This document shows positions 13,401 to 27,600 of a stretch of 64,000 nt of DNA, piece after piece (positions within the stretch are counted from its first letter, which is position 1; every line of letters starts with the position of its first letter). A program made the position numbers and the translations under genes. Source of the stretch: Tubiluchus corallicola (lineage: Eukaryota > Animalia > Priapulida); assembly GCA_030141605.1 (NCBI GenBank), contig JAQGDQ010000125.1, positions 434,001 through 498,000 on the forward strand. The letters are read 5' to 3'. Below the pieces are notes generated by a model. That model was not told the origin of the DNA. It ran no database searches and saw only the letters and a list, made by a program, of their open reading frames with translations.

Positions 13401-16400
13401 GGTTTTTAAAACATACTGTAGAATGTAGCAGGTGTATTTCCTATTATTTTTTAACTTAAATGTTTGTTTTCAGCTATGAAATAATGCAAAAATGTTGGCA
13501 GTATGAACCAGCCAAGCGACCAAATATGAAACAACTTCATATGATTCTGTCATTTCTTCACGTCAATCGTGATGTTGCTGCTAGCACTGATTTTGACACT
13601 AGGTGGCAGCAAATGTTGTATGGCGGTGGCTCTGTTAGCAGTGCAGTGTTTAACCATGAGCTCATATCCATTGAAAACACAACAACTGAATTACCTTTGA
13701 AGTTTGAATCAGACTTTGTGCCTGCTGTTTCTTCAGCTGATAGCTTTAAATTTGAGGACAATTTCGTCAACAAAAGGCCAACAGCCAGGGAATCCCGTAA
13801 TGACAGCATGATTAACCTGATTGACACAGACGGCAGCACATATTCGTGTGGTCGAACTAGTCCTTCACAGAGTGAAAGCAACTTGGTGTTAGAAATTCCA
13901 CCTGCAAGATCTTTATCAGACTTGTCAAGAAAGTAAGAAATGCATACATCTTTATAACATTACTATGTTTTTTTGTGATATAGGTACTTTTTTCATTATA
14001 TGTGAGTGTGTGCACGTAAAAAACTAAGCATACAGTCAAGCAAGCTTAATTTGACTTGCGTAAGGCTTGAATGTCACCTTGAATTAGCCCAAGTTTGAAC
14101 AAATGAAAACAAGTTTTAACAAGCACAATGCAGCTGAAGTGAACTCAGACATGCAAAGCCATAAGTCAGTAAATACCAACAAAGATTAGGCGCAACATTG
14201 TTAAAGTTTGCTGTGGCATTAGTTTGACTAACAGACTAAATTTATTAGCCTCTTTACCGCTGTGTAGTACCGCTGTATGATTAAGTACCGCTGTATAGTA
14301 GCTGACATAGGGGAACATGTCTGAAAAGAAACAGTTGCTTCTGTTACAGAGACACTACACTCTTCAAATCACAGCAACTTATGGAACGTCACCAATAATC
14401 ATTAGTAATGCTGTCACAATTACCACGGCCCCCACAATAGCTGCTGACCCCCGAATTTTTTTTACTGCTGCCACCACTGCTGTCCACCACCACCATCACG
14501 AATATCACCATTATCATCAAAACAATCTTTATCATGTCATTTGAAACTTAGTTTTATTTTTTTTGTGTGTGTAATTCAAAGCATCTTCCAAAATATAAGG
14601 TAGAAAAAAGTTACAGCATAGCAGACTGCAGTACACATTCATTAATAACAGCAATCTTGTCTGCATATTATTGCTCGTGTTTGGCTATAGGCGTTTTGTT
14701 GCCTGTATAATAATAACTTTTTTGCCAACAGTGGGCAACGCCACTGTTTGTTTTCGTAGCCTAATTTGCTGAGGTGTAAGGTGTCATTGCTACTGACGTG
14801 CAAGTCATTTAATTTCCACGTTAATTCCACATTCCACACAATGCCTTCCTCATAGAGACATTGAAGTTAATAAAGGCCATCATTCATCATTACACAAAAT
14901 TTGTTGATGGAATACTTAAAAATAATTAGGTACATGATTTTACTTTCGTAAACTCACACTGGTATTATAAAATACTGAATTCACCTAGTGTGACAATAAA
15001 ATTATCCTCTACACTTCTGCATTCCATTAAATGGTGTAGTGGGTGAATGGCTAGTAATTCAAAATTCATTACATTATGTATGATTGGCTGACAAGGAAGC
15101 TACCAATAAGCCTTTAAACAGTTCCAGCGATTGATGATGATGGTGCTAGTAAATCACTCTACACGCAGACTAATGCATAACTAAGTAAAATAAATGTAAA
15201 GCAATCGAAGTAACTGAACTGATGTGGTGGACAGCTTTGCTTTACCAACATGTCATGTGATGGTTGTAGTTTGGACGTGTTGCTTGCATACACTTAACTT
15301 TTGACCTAAAGCAACTGCACGTGCGCACAACGAAACTAAAAAAGGCTTATTGCAGACAGCACCTACTTTATTAAGCATTGCGCTGGCTGAACAGACAGCA
15401 CATGCGTGCATTATTAAGTGTTGCACCGGCTGAACACACTAGAAAAAACTATTGTTACATCTGAAAATGAATGATAATTCAGGTTGTATTGGCAAATTTT
15501 GTTTGAGTGAAACTAATGCCTTTTTTCTTTAGTGCAATTACACAAATTTTATGCGTGTTCGGGTAGAGTGTCCTTGACTATATGTACCTGCATTAGTACT
15601 GAGTTTCACGTGAAATGTGTAGGGTTATAAAAATTTACTCAATTTTAGGAACTAGTTCCAGTCTTAGTTCCACACCAATAAAAGGAACTAATTCCCAATT
15701 CCAAAATTTCTGACTTCCTGTTTGACAAAGGGAACTAATCCAAGCTCCTAGTTCCTCTGACTCTTTATAATAGGCATTAACATTTCAAAAGAAACTAAGT
15801 TCATTTCCCGGTCACTGTATTATTTTCTACCCAGGTAATTCTGCATGGGTAATTTATGCTGTGACAAAAATCCGAGTTGTTTTCTTTGACTGGAGAGGTC
15901 CCATGAAGTAAGGCCTCCATTGTGTGAAAATGTGATTGGCTCAATAAGCCTTATTGTGTGGAAGCTAAAATCCAGAAACCTGCATGGTATGCAGTCAGGG
16001 TAATGACCCATGCAACCTCCGACTTTTGGTCTTGAGTTGAAGAACCAGGGTCACCTGACCAAGCCGAAAATCTGGCTAATTGTATTTCTTATCTGGCTCC
16101 TGCTGCAGTCGCTACTCAAGTTGTTTGAATACTATAGAATCTTCAGCTTATGACTTTGTCTTAAACAGTTTCTCGTTAGCTTTTGCCTCTCAGTTTTTCT
16201 TACAATTGACACTAGGTCACTTGGATAGTGTACATTTAGGCAATGGACAGTTGGGCTGTACTTGGATGATGACACTTGGCAGTAAAAATTTCAAAAGTAC
16301 AAGTGCTACAGAAAATATTCATAGGAGTACTACCTGCTTACTTACCTATCTGCTTACCTACCCACTTATTTACTACGTACATACATACCTACCCAAATGT

Positions 16401-18799
16401 CTACAGTCCAAATATGTGAGGTCCAAATGCTGGAACACAAATGTCTGGGCACCAAATGCTTGTGGCCCTTATTGTTTGAAGTCCAAGTAGTCTGTTGTCT
16501 AAATATTTCGGGTCCAAAAATCTGGGGCTTAAGTAGTGTGTGGCCAAAATGTCCAGGGCCCAAATTATCTGAGACCCACGTAGTCTGAGGCCCAAATTTC
16601 GAAGCCTAAACGCCTGGGGCCCAAACGTGTAGGGTCCAAGTATCCAGAAACCATTTTAATTTTATGTTCCTCTTTGACAAAAGAAACTAGTTCCAGTTAC
16701 AAGTTCTTGAAAGATGAAATAGTTCAAGGAACTTCGTTCCCGCAAATTAAGTTCCTTTACAACCGTGGAAACGTATGTATCAAAAATTTGTGTGGTACAA
16801 ATGTTTTTTAGGTCTGTAAAATCAATAAACAAAAGCTGAATTAAATTAGCAGCAAGGGTAGTTTTGCTTACATTTATTTAAAATTGTTTTTGTTTGTCAG
16901 GTTTGATTCAGTTAGTATCAACCTAGAAGATCAAAGCAAGAAAAATAGTCGAGATCCTCTTGGAGCATCAGATCACGTTGTCGTAGTAACAGGAACAACA
17001 GGACAGTTAGCTGCCGCTAATCACATAGAAATACATTCTAGCAAACAGGATATCGTGCATACAGACAGTGTAGAAGAAGGTGAAAAGCATGCATTGCTAG
17101 ACGATGGTATTGCTACAAGCAGTCAGAATGATAGTATTGAGCAAGAATCACAACGACAAACTCTAGTCAATGAAGCGCTGCCTAAAAGCATCGATAATTC
17201 AAACTTAGAAACTAGAAATCTTTTAAAACCTGAAGTGGAAATTACTGAATATGCACCTAATTCTTCTGATATAGGAGTGGAAAAAACTGAGAGTTTGAGT
17301 CAGAACGAGGTAGCTGACGTCTCAGATGTGACTTTATCAACTAGAACTGTAGAGATTGGTTCATCAGTTGTTATAAGTGATGAACAGAGCACAGATTTCA
17401 ATGTTAGAGACAGTGAAAATATGACAAGCACACCAGTGAAAAATGAAAACGTAGCTGCATCTTTAAATGACCAGTCTGTGGATGTATTTTATCAAACAGC
17501 TTCTTCTATAAATGATATTTCGTCATTCCAGACTACTTTAAATAACGAAATACCTGGAGCTGCATTTTCTGAAAGCTTAACTGATCAAGAGGTGCTGTTC
17601 ACAAGTGCAGCTGATCAAGACACAACATTCAAAAGTATTGCTGAACAAGACACTACATTCAAAAGCATAGTCAATCAAGATACAACATTTGAAAGTGTAA
17701 CTGGTCAAGATACGGCTTTTAAAAGTGCACTGGAACAAAATACCACATTCAAAAGTATGACTGATAATGATACCTCATTTGCGGATAGCAGTATGTCTAT
17801 GGATGTTCACAACAAAGGAGATGAGACAGTTCACGTCTCTGAGCTGAGCCTTGATGAATCTTTAGAAAGTGGAGAAGGTGGTAAGCACTGCTTGCCCGAT
17901 GCTGAAGGTATCATTTTCTAATGTAATTCTTGTTTATAAACATCAAACGTATGTTAAACATTGTAAGTGACAACTGTAGATTGGCTCTCTATTTGTTTGT
18001 TTAAATTGCACATGGATGAATACTGAACCGATCATATTTTTTTACCTTTGGTGTGATTTTTAGTTTGAGTGCCTAATAAGAAATAATGTAATAGTTTACT
18101 TTACACAGTAAGATAAAGTAAAAACATTTTTTGAATTTACACAAGTTTTCACCTTTGGTGTAATGCAAAATCTCTGCTTTCTATTCTTATTCTGTTGTTG
18201 ATTATATAGAAAAGCAAACGCATTTACCAGAAGTTGAACAGTTTCCTGGAGTAGAATCTACGGATGCAGGAAGTCTCCCGGTAAGTATGGAAAGCAGCAT
18301 GTTAGTGGTAACTTCTTCTGAAGCTTCGCCAACTGAAGCACCTGAACCTCAACCAGCAGAACCTTTATGCACAGCTGATGACGTAAAACTTCCTGTTCAA
18401 GTTGTTCTGGATAACCATCCAGAAGTTGGTGGTGGAGACATGAATGCTAACAATTCCAATGCCAACGACACCACAGACAACATGGATGATATTTTTGAAT
18501 CAGATGTGTTTGGTGATGATGGCAGCGTGTCTAGCTCCTTGATTGAAAACTATGCAGAAAAATATGCATTTACTACAAAAGATGTGCAGTACAGATTGGC
18601 TTATTTTGATTCCTCGTTGACAAGCGACGACATTCCAGATAGACAAAACACACTTTCTGATGACGTTAAGAGAGAAACATCCTCTGAAGGAACAGACACA
18701 TTCTCCTTACCATCTGATACAAGCAAAGAGTTAATTTCTATTGAAACAGAAGAAAGGCAACCTGATGGTACACAAGAATGCTTAGGCTTGCATGACTGA
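10442..18799 (+). CDS. AATK: Lemur tyrosine kinase / apoptosis-associated tyrosine kinase (LMTK/AATK) family protein with an N-terminal TM helix, kinase domain and long acidic tail; 1044 aa
   Basis: Exons 10442-10576, 10788-11054, 11583-11710, 12065-12371, 12687-12805, 12959-13108, 13474-13932, 16901-17880 and 18210-18799 total 3135 nt in frame, all GT-AG. Motifs: TM WLLAIAFFIIGIVILIGC, FPRQQLQYVRNIGIGWFGQ, VIVKSLK, LDHSNVLKMLGQC, KIGDYG, PVRWCAPE, TKEANVWSFGVLLWE. GxGWFG, DYG and the NVWS motif are LMTK hallmarks. It is probably co-orthologous to LMTK1/2/3. Confidence 0.88.
15621..16766. mobile_element. Degenerate MITE-like element with GGAACTAGTTCC subterminal repeats and a nested 15-bp-repeat element
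   Basis: Left end agggttataa...ggaactagttcc and right end ggaacttcgttcc...tttacaaccgt are loosely inverted. GGAACT/AGTTCC motifs recur at both ends. Confidence 0.45.
16392..16652. repeat. ~15-bp degenerate tandem repeat (GGGTCCAAATGTCTG-like) ending in CCAGAAACC
   Basis: Periodic ccaaatgt/ccaagt motifs. They generate the overlapping spurious ORFs at 16366-16595. Confidence 0.75.
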
Positions 18800-20197
18800 G
18801 GAAATAGTCGTTAAGTGCTGTTAAACAGTCATTATTCATCTCATCTGTAGGTCATTAGTCGTTACTGGTTACTATATAGGAGCCTGATATTTCTATATGC
18901 TAGTAGCTAGTAGTGAAAAGCTTGCTCAACACTTATTTACTATCAAAATATTTTATTGTGGCACACAATCAAAATCTTAAATTTTTACTATTATTTTAAT
19001 ATCAGCTGTTAATATTTTGGTATTGGAAGTAACAGTTCTAATTAATTCTATTTAAACTAGATTGTAGCATTCTGTGATTTTTTAGATCTTTATAGATAAA
19101 AACTGCGAGGGCATGTCTTGGTGATAATATGCATACGCACTTCACAGTGCATATGGTCTGGTAAGGTGTACGATGTGTAACCGTTCGTGTAGATTTAACA
19201 AATTTAGTTCACTATAATAATTCATTGTCAAGTAATATAGTTGTAACATTTGATTCTGTTGCACAAGGTCTGGTCAATTTTCTAAATATGAATAATCTTC
19301 GTAAAGGATGCGACCTTTAATTAAACTTCTATTTTTTAACTTATCATAATTATATTATCAATAGTGCATACTACTTTTGAGTAGACCTGTTATCCATGTT
19401 TTGGACAACTCGCAATGCTACTGATGCTTTTAATTATCCTGACTTGTTTCTGAAAAAATCATTATGGTATCTGCAAAAACTTGACTATCAAGTTGTTTTC
19501 ACATTTAATTCAATTTCAGGCAAAATTGAGCATAAATAGCATAAATTCTGTCTTCTTAATAGTCACTACATCAGTCAAAAACTGCCAAATTACTGCAAGC
19601 TTTATAAAGGGTCTTTGATCATTTTCGTACATTCAGTTTTTGTAATTCTTGCAGTTAGCAGGTACAGATTGTTTTTGAACTTTCACGGCATTTGATTATA
19701 ACAAACTTGCCAAAAATTACACCACTTAGTCAATCCACAGCCATTAGAAACATACTGTCAAATAGCGACAGTGTATTTGTTCCGTAGAACTTTGTTGTAT
19801 GCTTCACCCTGTTTTCCTTGACAATAATACCAGAATCAAAATTACCTGATCTTTGCGTTTCCTTGTACAAAAGATATTCTTAAATATAATACATCTTTAG
19901 ATGAAATAACAGTGTGCAGACCTGTAGTATCTTGTTTAGTCTTACAGATATTTGTATTCGCTTTTGAAGCACTTTGCAACAGTAGACATAGTATTTCAGT
20001 ACAAATATTTAGTCTGCTGTATAGTTTTGCATTGTCATGTATCACTTTTATAATATCATAAAGTGTTTTTCGGAAAAGCGTTACAACAAAGGTATTTGAA
20101 GAAATTTTACAAGGTTGTTTTGTAATATCTCTGAATATTCACATATTCTTAGTTAAGCAAGTTGATTACATAGATGTTCTTGGCTTTGATATATATC

Positions 20198-20250
20198 TAC
20201 TTTGTTGTTGCAAATTACTTTCATACTTTGTTGTTGCAAATTACTTTCAT
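20198..20250. repeat. Perfect 26-bp tandem duplication in the presumed LMTK 3' UTR
   Basis: tactttgttgttgcaaattactttca occurs twice in tandem. Confidence 0.9.
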
Positions 20251-21687
20251 GAGATACTTTCTCACAGCATATCACTCGGGTTAGATATGCAGTACATTCT
20301 ATGATAACGTGTTTTATATGTAGAAACAATTACTTGGAATATTATTGCCATTTTTGTTGAAATGTTGTAATACAGAATTACGGTTACTATTCTAGCTTAT
20401 ATCATACTTAGTGTACGTAATGTGTCCCGGCTCGTCTGTGGTAATCTTTATTTCTGTGATACTAACTATTCGTCCACTATGTCTAAAATCCTTGCCAAGC
20501 TCAGATGTACTTGCGTCCATTTTTTGAGGCAGCACACTTTTGTTCTAAGTAGCGACAGTATAACTTTGTGGTGATTTTCCATCCATGAACACCTCAAATT
20601 TTTAACTATTTTTGAATCTTGAAGTGCATTTAACATATTTCCACTAAATTTTGTATACATTTTGATTATGCAAACAGTTCATTGTTCATTCTTTTTGCTT
20701 GGAAGTGTACCATAAACAGCTGCAAATATGAGTTTAATTAGTGATAAATTAGTAATTACATATTCAGTTTCAATTACAGCCTGTAGCTACATACTTACAT
20801 AATTTATACGCATACTGTAACTAGTGCAATACACTGTTTTGTTATTCGGTTTTTATAATGTGATCTTGTTTTAAAACTGCAGATAGTAATATCGTATTAT
20901 GGCCTCTAGTCTAGTAATACTTTCTTTCTGTTAGCATTCTGTACATTTGTTAAATTGTTATTTTAGTTTTATTTACTACACCATGAATTTTGGAATGTAA
21001 GATGAGTAAAATTGTTTACATGAATTTAGTTTAAATATGTACTGTACAATATTTTGCATTGATTTATGCCCAGTACATTCTTAAAAACACTGGTAAATTT
21101 TGTTTTTATTTTAATATTCATTGCTGCCATTAAATTGTCTAGCTGACTGATATTTCTAATGATTGAAATTGTTTAGGTCTGTTTACTTCTGACATGCAGG
21201 CTTACTATTTTTCAGGCATCTAAAATGTATATTGTGGCCATTTTATTTTAATGTGTAATTATGTCTTACGTCACGTTTTATTGCAGTTAATGCTTAATAA
21301 AGTCTGGGTTAACCTTGTTAATTTAAGCAGTTTATTGTATTTTTATTAGGCGCCTTTCCATACAATGACAAAAAATTAAGCTTAAGCAATAAATTGATTA
21401 CTAATAAATGTTATTTTTATTAATTAATATACAATAGTGTTACACACCTGTACACAAATCGTTTGCATATGTACAATGATCGTTTTCATCTGAAGTATAC
21501 ATTTTCATGCGGGTGGAAATACCATATCAATAAATTATTATGATGTATATACGATTGTAATTTACATCTTATACACTTGATACACCCAATTACAATAATT
21601 TAAAAATTGAAATTTATCTGATGTAGTAGTCTAAGGTTTATTTCTAGATTTCCCTGGCTTAAAAAAGAACAAAAAAGTAAGCAATCT

Positions 21688-24600
21688 TCAGTCAAGAAAA
21701 AAGATATTATTGAAATGTGTGGCACACAATTTCTTCACCTCCTCTGTAATAATAAAAACAAAAGAACAGTTTTAATTCTCCCAGATGGTTATAAGTTTTT
21801 TTGATACATGAAAACGTTACGTTTTCATAGCAAGCAATCTAAATTTATGCACTGTCTTTTGCAAACTGGCACTTTTTAATTGCATTTAAGAAGCATACAT
21901 TGTCAAGTGAACATCAAAACTCTTGAAAGAAAAAACTGATTATGTATAACACTTATATAAGCCTAGTCTACTGAATCTTTTATGAGAGGCAGGAAGAAAA
22001 AAATAAATTCCTTTCCCAACATTTTCAAGTACTTTACTACAATTACACATCATGTTTACTGTACGCTGTTCTTGTACCTCTGACCAAGGCCCGCAAGTGG
22101 TCGTTAAAGCAAATGTTTAGTTATGACTTTATAACAGCATTGTTAGTTGTTTTGTGAATCAACAACAGCGAGTAATAAAAAACAAAGTTTAGCACCCGGC
22201 AGCTGACAATACACATTTTTATCATCGAAATTAGATTTAGATACTGTATGTGCGTGCACCTAGACTTACATATAATTTTAGTAACAGATATTTCTAGCAG
22301 CTAGATTTATCTCTAGTAGCTTAAATAGTAAATTTCAGAGTCTAGTAACTGTGCTTTACCAGTAAAACAGCTAGAAGGATTGCACAAAAAGTGCTTTTAA
22401 GCTCCATGAAATGACCAGAATTCTGAGATTCTGTAATTTACGTTTGTTTACATGCTGACAAAGAAATTTGGCAACAAATCTTCATTTCTGCATACGTTGT
22501 GAATAAAAATTAAAAAAACAAGAATTAAAACAACTGCATACATTATTTAAAGTAAAAAATATCAATATCATGCAAAATACCTACATACAAGTTTATAACA
22601 TGAGTCGCAAGATCCAGAAGCATTCGAAAATAAGGATTGTATTTTTATTGCACAAATTTAATGCGGAATTTGTTAATTATCAGCAATTTAAACTAATTAA
22701 ATCTTACCATGAATTTCTATTAGGTTGTTACATTTTGGATTGATATAGCACAGCTCCCGCTGATCGGACTTCTTCCCCACCACCCAGAAATCACTGGCAC
22801 CTTTCACTATCAATTCACCATTGTTATCTATCCTGCAAATGAAACCACACTGTTCAATAATGACAAAAATAAGCACTTGTTCTCAAATGTCAGAGTAAAT
22901 TACTTTTTAACTTACCAGCTATCAAGTTGTTGCCCTTGACAACACTAGACTGCTAATGTAACTGAAGTGGTTTTTGACAAGATTAGCAATACAATAACAT
23001 ACCCTGTTACTATCTGGTATGCAGACAAAATTCGTTCTTATTTCAGACATTCAGTAAATAAGTCATGGCAGAAAACATTTACTACTCAAAGTATTCATAT
23101 CAGACTAACTTATAATGATCAGTGCAACAAGTTGAAAAAATGAGTAACACTTACACAGCAAGATCACTCTGCACATCTGAGACAAGTTGCAATATTTCTG
23201 ACGGAACTGCAGTTGATGTAATTTTCTTGTTCATATCCAAATGAACAGAAGATTTCTGTGCCAAGTTCATGTGATTGAAATAAATGTATTTATGAGTATC
23301 GCCTGGACTGTAAAATTAAAAGACAAAAAAGCTTAATAATTGAAACGGTTTGAAATTAAAGTTTGAAATTGCACAATGTATCTATGCCATATGTCACAGT
23401 GCAAAACACTTGTTCAAAAAACAGCTTATTCATAATTGCAACAATTCATGCAATCAAGTGACCTAACCTTATCTGCAGAGTCATCACAATGTACAATATC
23501 TAGATCGTTTAACATAATTAGGTTGACATAGTAAGATTCTGCATACTATTTCAAAAACCACAAACCCAGTTATTGTGTACCAAAGGAAAAACCAACCCTT
23601 CAAAAAGATTCCATATATTTTAATATAAAATTGTAAGTACCACGCAATATATGGTCATAACATGCCAAGAAACTTAAATCATTTTTATCTTCCACCGAAC
23701 AAACCTTACTACTGGCATATTTGAAAAAATGACTTAAGATGGTAGACAGCGAGAAAATGCTGTGAAGGTATGTGAAGCATAACTTCTGCAGTTCACTCAA
23801 AAGTTCTATTATATACTAGCATTGTGATTGTATTTATGTAAAAATTGGTCATTGAATCAATTAGCTACAACTTAAAGTACTTACATAGCTTTAATCCACA
23901 GGATTATACCTTAAAATAAAGTCCTTTACAATGTATAAATAATTAATTTACAGATTTTTGTTGACCTTCAGATAAGCATACAATTCTGCAAGCATATAGT
24001 TAGTGCCGGGCGGGTTACTTAGTTTATAGAGTTCAATTTTAGCTTCTTAAAATAATTAATTGTCGGCATTAATTCCAGGTTATTACACTACCATCAGTAG
24101 CTGTGTTTTATTTTATAGTGGGCAACAAGATCATCAAAAAGCAAAAATAGTGCTAATCATCTCTAGCTTAACGTTTTGGATCGTTTATAATTGAGAATTG
24201 TAACTTCACCTGCAAAAAAAGATTGTTCAAGCGCCTGATGAGATAAGTGTTTACATTGTATGGTAACCCGACGACGCCATTTTTGGTTCAAAATGAGCAC
24301 GCCCAAGCTTGAAGTGACGGAAACTTTACATTGATTTCAGTAATCACATGAGGCACTTATCAGAATTTTATTGCTGAAACTTTCTATCATTTTTCTCAAA
24401 TATGAAAATAGGCTCAACATTCCGAGAGACTTGGCTTTTTTTTACTGAAAAATTGAAAAATGAAGGAAGTGGTAATGGGACATGAAAATCAATATCAGTG
24501 ATGTCGTAATGGGACACAAAAATCAATAATATCAGTGCTAATAGCGACATCTTCTTGTCTGTCTGCATTCTCAAGGGCATTAAAAAAAACATCAGCATAT

Positions 24601-27600
24601 AAACAAACAAAGCTACCTGCTTAGAAAATATAAATTGTCCACATATCTCTGATTCATTTGAATGCCGAGTAAAAGTTGCTACAGCCTACTGACAATCACT
24701 ACTACAATAATGATTACATTAATAATATAAGGAAAAATTACTTTGATAATCTCTTTGAGTACTGTTCACCAATATCAGATGCAAGTTTACTCAGCTCAGG
24801 TCCAAGAAACTGATGTATTTGACGACAAAAGTCGAAATTTAACTGATATGATGCTAAAAATAAAATTGCACATCAGATGAAAAAATCGTCAGAATCTTAC
24901 ACTCACAGAAGTAGCTTCAATAATTGTTTGCTTATTTTGACCTGATAAAGTACATACAAGAAATAATTGTCCTAAATCCAAAAAAAATTGTAACTACATT
25001 TATAAATTAGATTACAAAAACAATAATAACAATCTGTTCATTTCACAAAAAAAATATCACACATAATAATAAGAAATATAATAAAAAGAGATCGACTTAG
25101 ATATTGAAACACACATAAAAAATGATTACCATCAACAATAAGACAAACAGATGCACTTAATGCTCTGTATACCAATAGGGTACATTCTTCTGCTTTGCCA
25201 TCTATCACATTAACAAAAATACGAGGTACTTTACCAAGATTAGACGTATCATTCAAATCTGGCGGGCCAGTTATAAACCTGAAAATAAAAAAGTGTTAAA
25301 GGAGATATAAAGGTTGAAAATTGAAAAGTAGTACCATGTATCCATCAGTGATGAGTTAATTACTTTTAAAAATGTGGTATCACCACAAACACAATTACTC
25401 TCTTGAAAAGTAGTGGTGCTAGAGAGCTACAATTACTTTTTTACAAAAGTAGTTGTAGCAACTACTATTACTGTTTATGAAAGAGGTGCTACTGCATTCT
25501 AGTTTTGTGATGACTACTGAGCATTGTTGATACTGCATTGTTTTAGTGCACTGCAAGATGGAGGTGGCACGTTAAAAGAATCAGCTAATAGTGATAATTA
25601 AATTGTTAAGATGTGATAATCAAATGAAGAAATACTGAGGTACAAACACAAATTGCACCAAACTATATCAAGCTTCTAACTAAGCAGTTGATTTATGATG
25701 ATAAACAGGCATTGCTGGCCATTCATACACTGTCAACATCATAGTAAATTATTCATATAACACTGCTATTTTATGTCATGCGATAAACTACTGTTCAAAC
25801 TTAAACCATGTTTATTTGGTTTAAAAAATAATTATTTCTTGTAAAGTTGTGGTCGGGCAGCAACAACTGTTCACTTTTGGGAGGAATGTATTTCCGAAGA
25901 GAAATCGCTACAACTAGAAGTGCACATATTGCTAAACCTGTGGAAGTCTGTAGCTGCTATGAAAACACAACTCACCACAGATATTAACCATGTTAGGTGT
26001 CAACCGCAAGAACTAAATGTAGTCCATAGTACCATTACAGTGCTACTTAAAACAGTAGTATAGTTACAGTTTACTCATTTTTAGGATAATAGCAACACCC
26101 AAGCTCTACTAATTATTGTGGTGGTGCTATCTAGTGGCACTACAATAGAGGTGCTACTATCCAACACTGGACTATCCATAAGCAAAAATAAAAAATTAAC
26201 CTCAATAAAGTTTATTAAGTTTTGTCAGGCAAAAATAACAATATTTCAGGAAACCAATAGTGCATTTGTCAGGTACAAATATTAATCACATAGAATTCCC
26301 GAATGTAAAATTTAAAAACATTTAAATGCAAAGTAAACAAATTACATCGCACAACAAAATGTAATGAGAGAATGGTTGATACGGTACGCCAAAGATACTT
26401 ACGAACTATCAATTAAACACCTGTATAAAAAGTGTACTTTTGGAGTATTCAAATATTTGGACTCCTTTGCAAACAACTGCAATACAAACAAACTCGTGCA
26501 ATGACTGTATTTCACTGCTTGTGGAATACCTGCGTCTAATTGACAGTTAATAAGCATCATTTCCGTTTACCACAGCAACCATTCTGGCATTCTGTTTTGT
26601 TGTGTGATGCAATTTATTTTACATTCACTGTTTTTAAATTACCATTAAACCTTGTTTTGAGAAACTATTTCTTTATTTTGATATAACAACTAAGGCGACT
26701 TTTTGAGGCGGTTACAACTTTGTTTTGATTTATAAATGACAGGTTAATGACCAAAAGTGATACATCTAAGCCAGCCAGTAAGAAGTAGCTGTTGTCGATT
26801 ACATTCAAAAGCAAAAAAGTTTACTTTAGTAACCCCAGCCCCAAGAGGCACCCATTGCAGATTTAAAGAATAATTTGCTTCCAAAAAGTCCAAAAATGAG
26901 AGCTTCATTTGAAATACTAAATAGCTTGATTGAATCACCAAATGGGGAAGACGCTAAACGTCATGTGTGTATGGTCAAAATACCAAACATACTTTCCATA
27001 ATGGACAGTTGACACCTCCTGAGGGACAGAAGTTTTTGGTGTCGGTGAAAGCTGACTGGCAAGTAGTTCCGTTTCTAAATGCGAAGGAAATAAGCTCGTA
27101 GTCAAATACTTGTATAAAATTCTAATGTCATCCTGTTCCAAGCCACTCCTGCAAAAACAGAAATTTACCATTTAATCATGCTTTTCATTTCCAATTTACA
27201 CAATTTTTTATGTATATCAAACAAGCAAACAAATTTTCTAGTTTCTTTTATTCAAATTAATACTTTGCACAGTCTGAAAACTGAAAAGTATAGCTTTGTT
27301 TCTTACAATTTAATATTAAAGTAATTGTTTAACCAATCAACAAATCCAGTCGTGATTGCATTAATTCAAAGTACCAATATTTCTGATGCATATAAATTCA
27401 TAAAATTGACTAAAGTGAAACATTGTTATAATAGTACCAATAATAAAATAACCATCTTTTTGCAACAAAGCGAACTTAATATACTATTAAGAGAACCTGA
27501 AATCATGTAAATTATGAAAAATCATGCAAATTCAGTTAGATCAAACAATCAGTGACAAAAAATGCTAGTTTACTATATATAAAAATAGTATGCAAGCAAC

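Noticed and set aside
4463-13881. Antisense ORFs 4463..4705, 5858..6124, 10784..11038 and 13558..13881
   Set aside because: These are shadow frames of real exons or of the ORF1 relic.
14317-14544. His-rich ORF inside an LMTK intron
   Set aside because: It derives from a CAC/CAT trinucleotide tract, and the LMTK frame is complete without it.
16366-16650. Overlapping ORFs and a CRISPR-like periodic pattern
   Set aside because: This is a degenerate 15-bp tandem repeat without unique spacers, in a eukaryotic intron.
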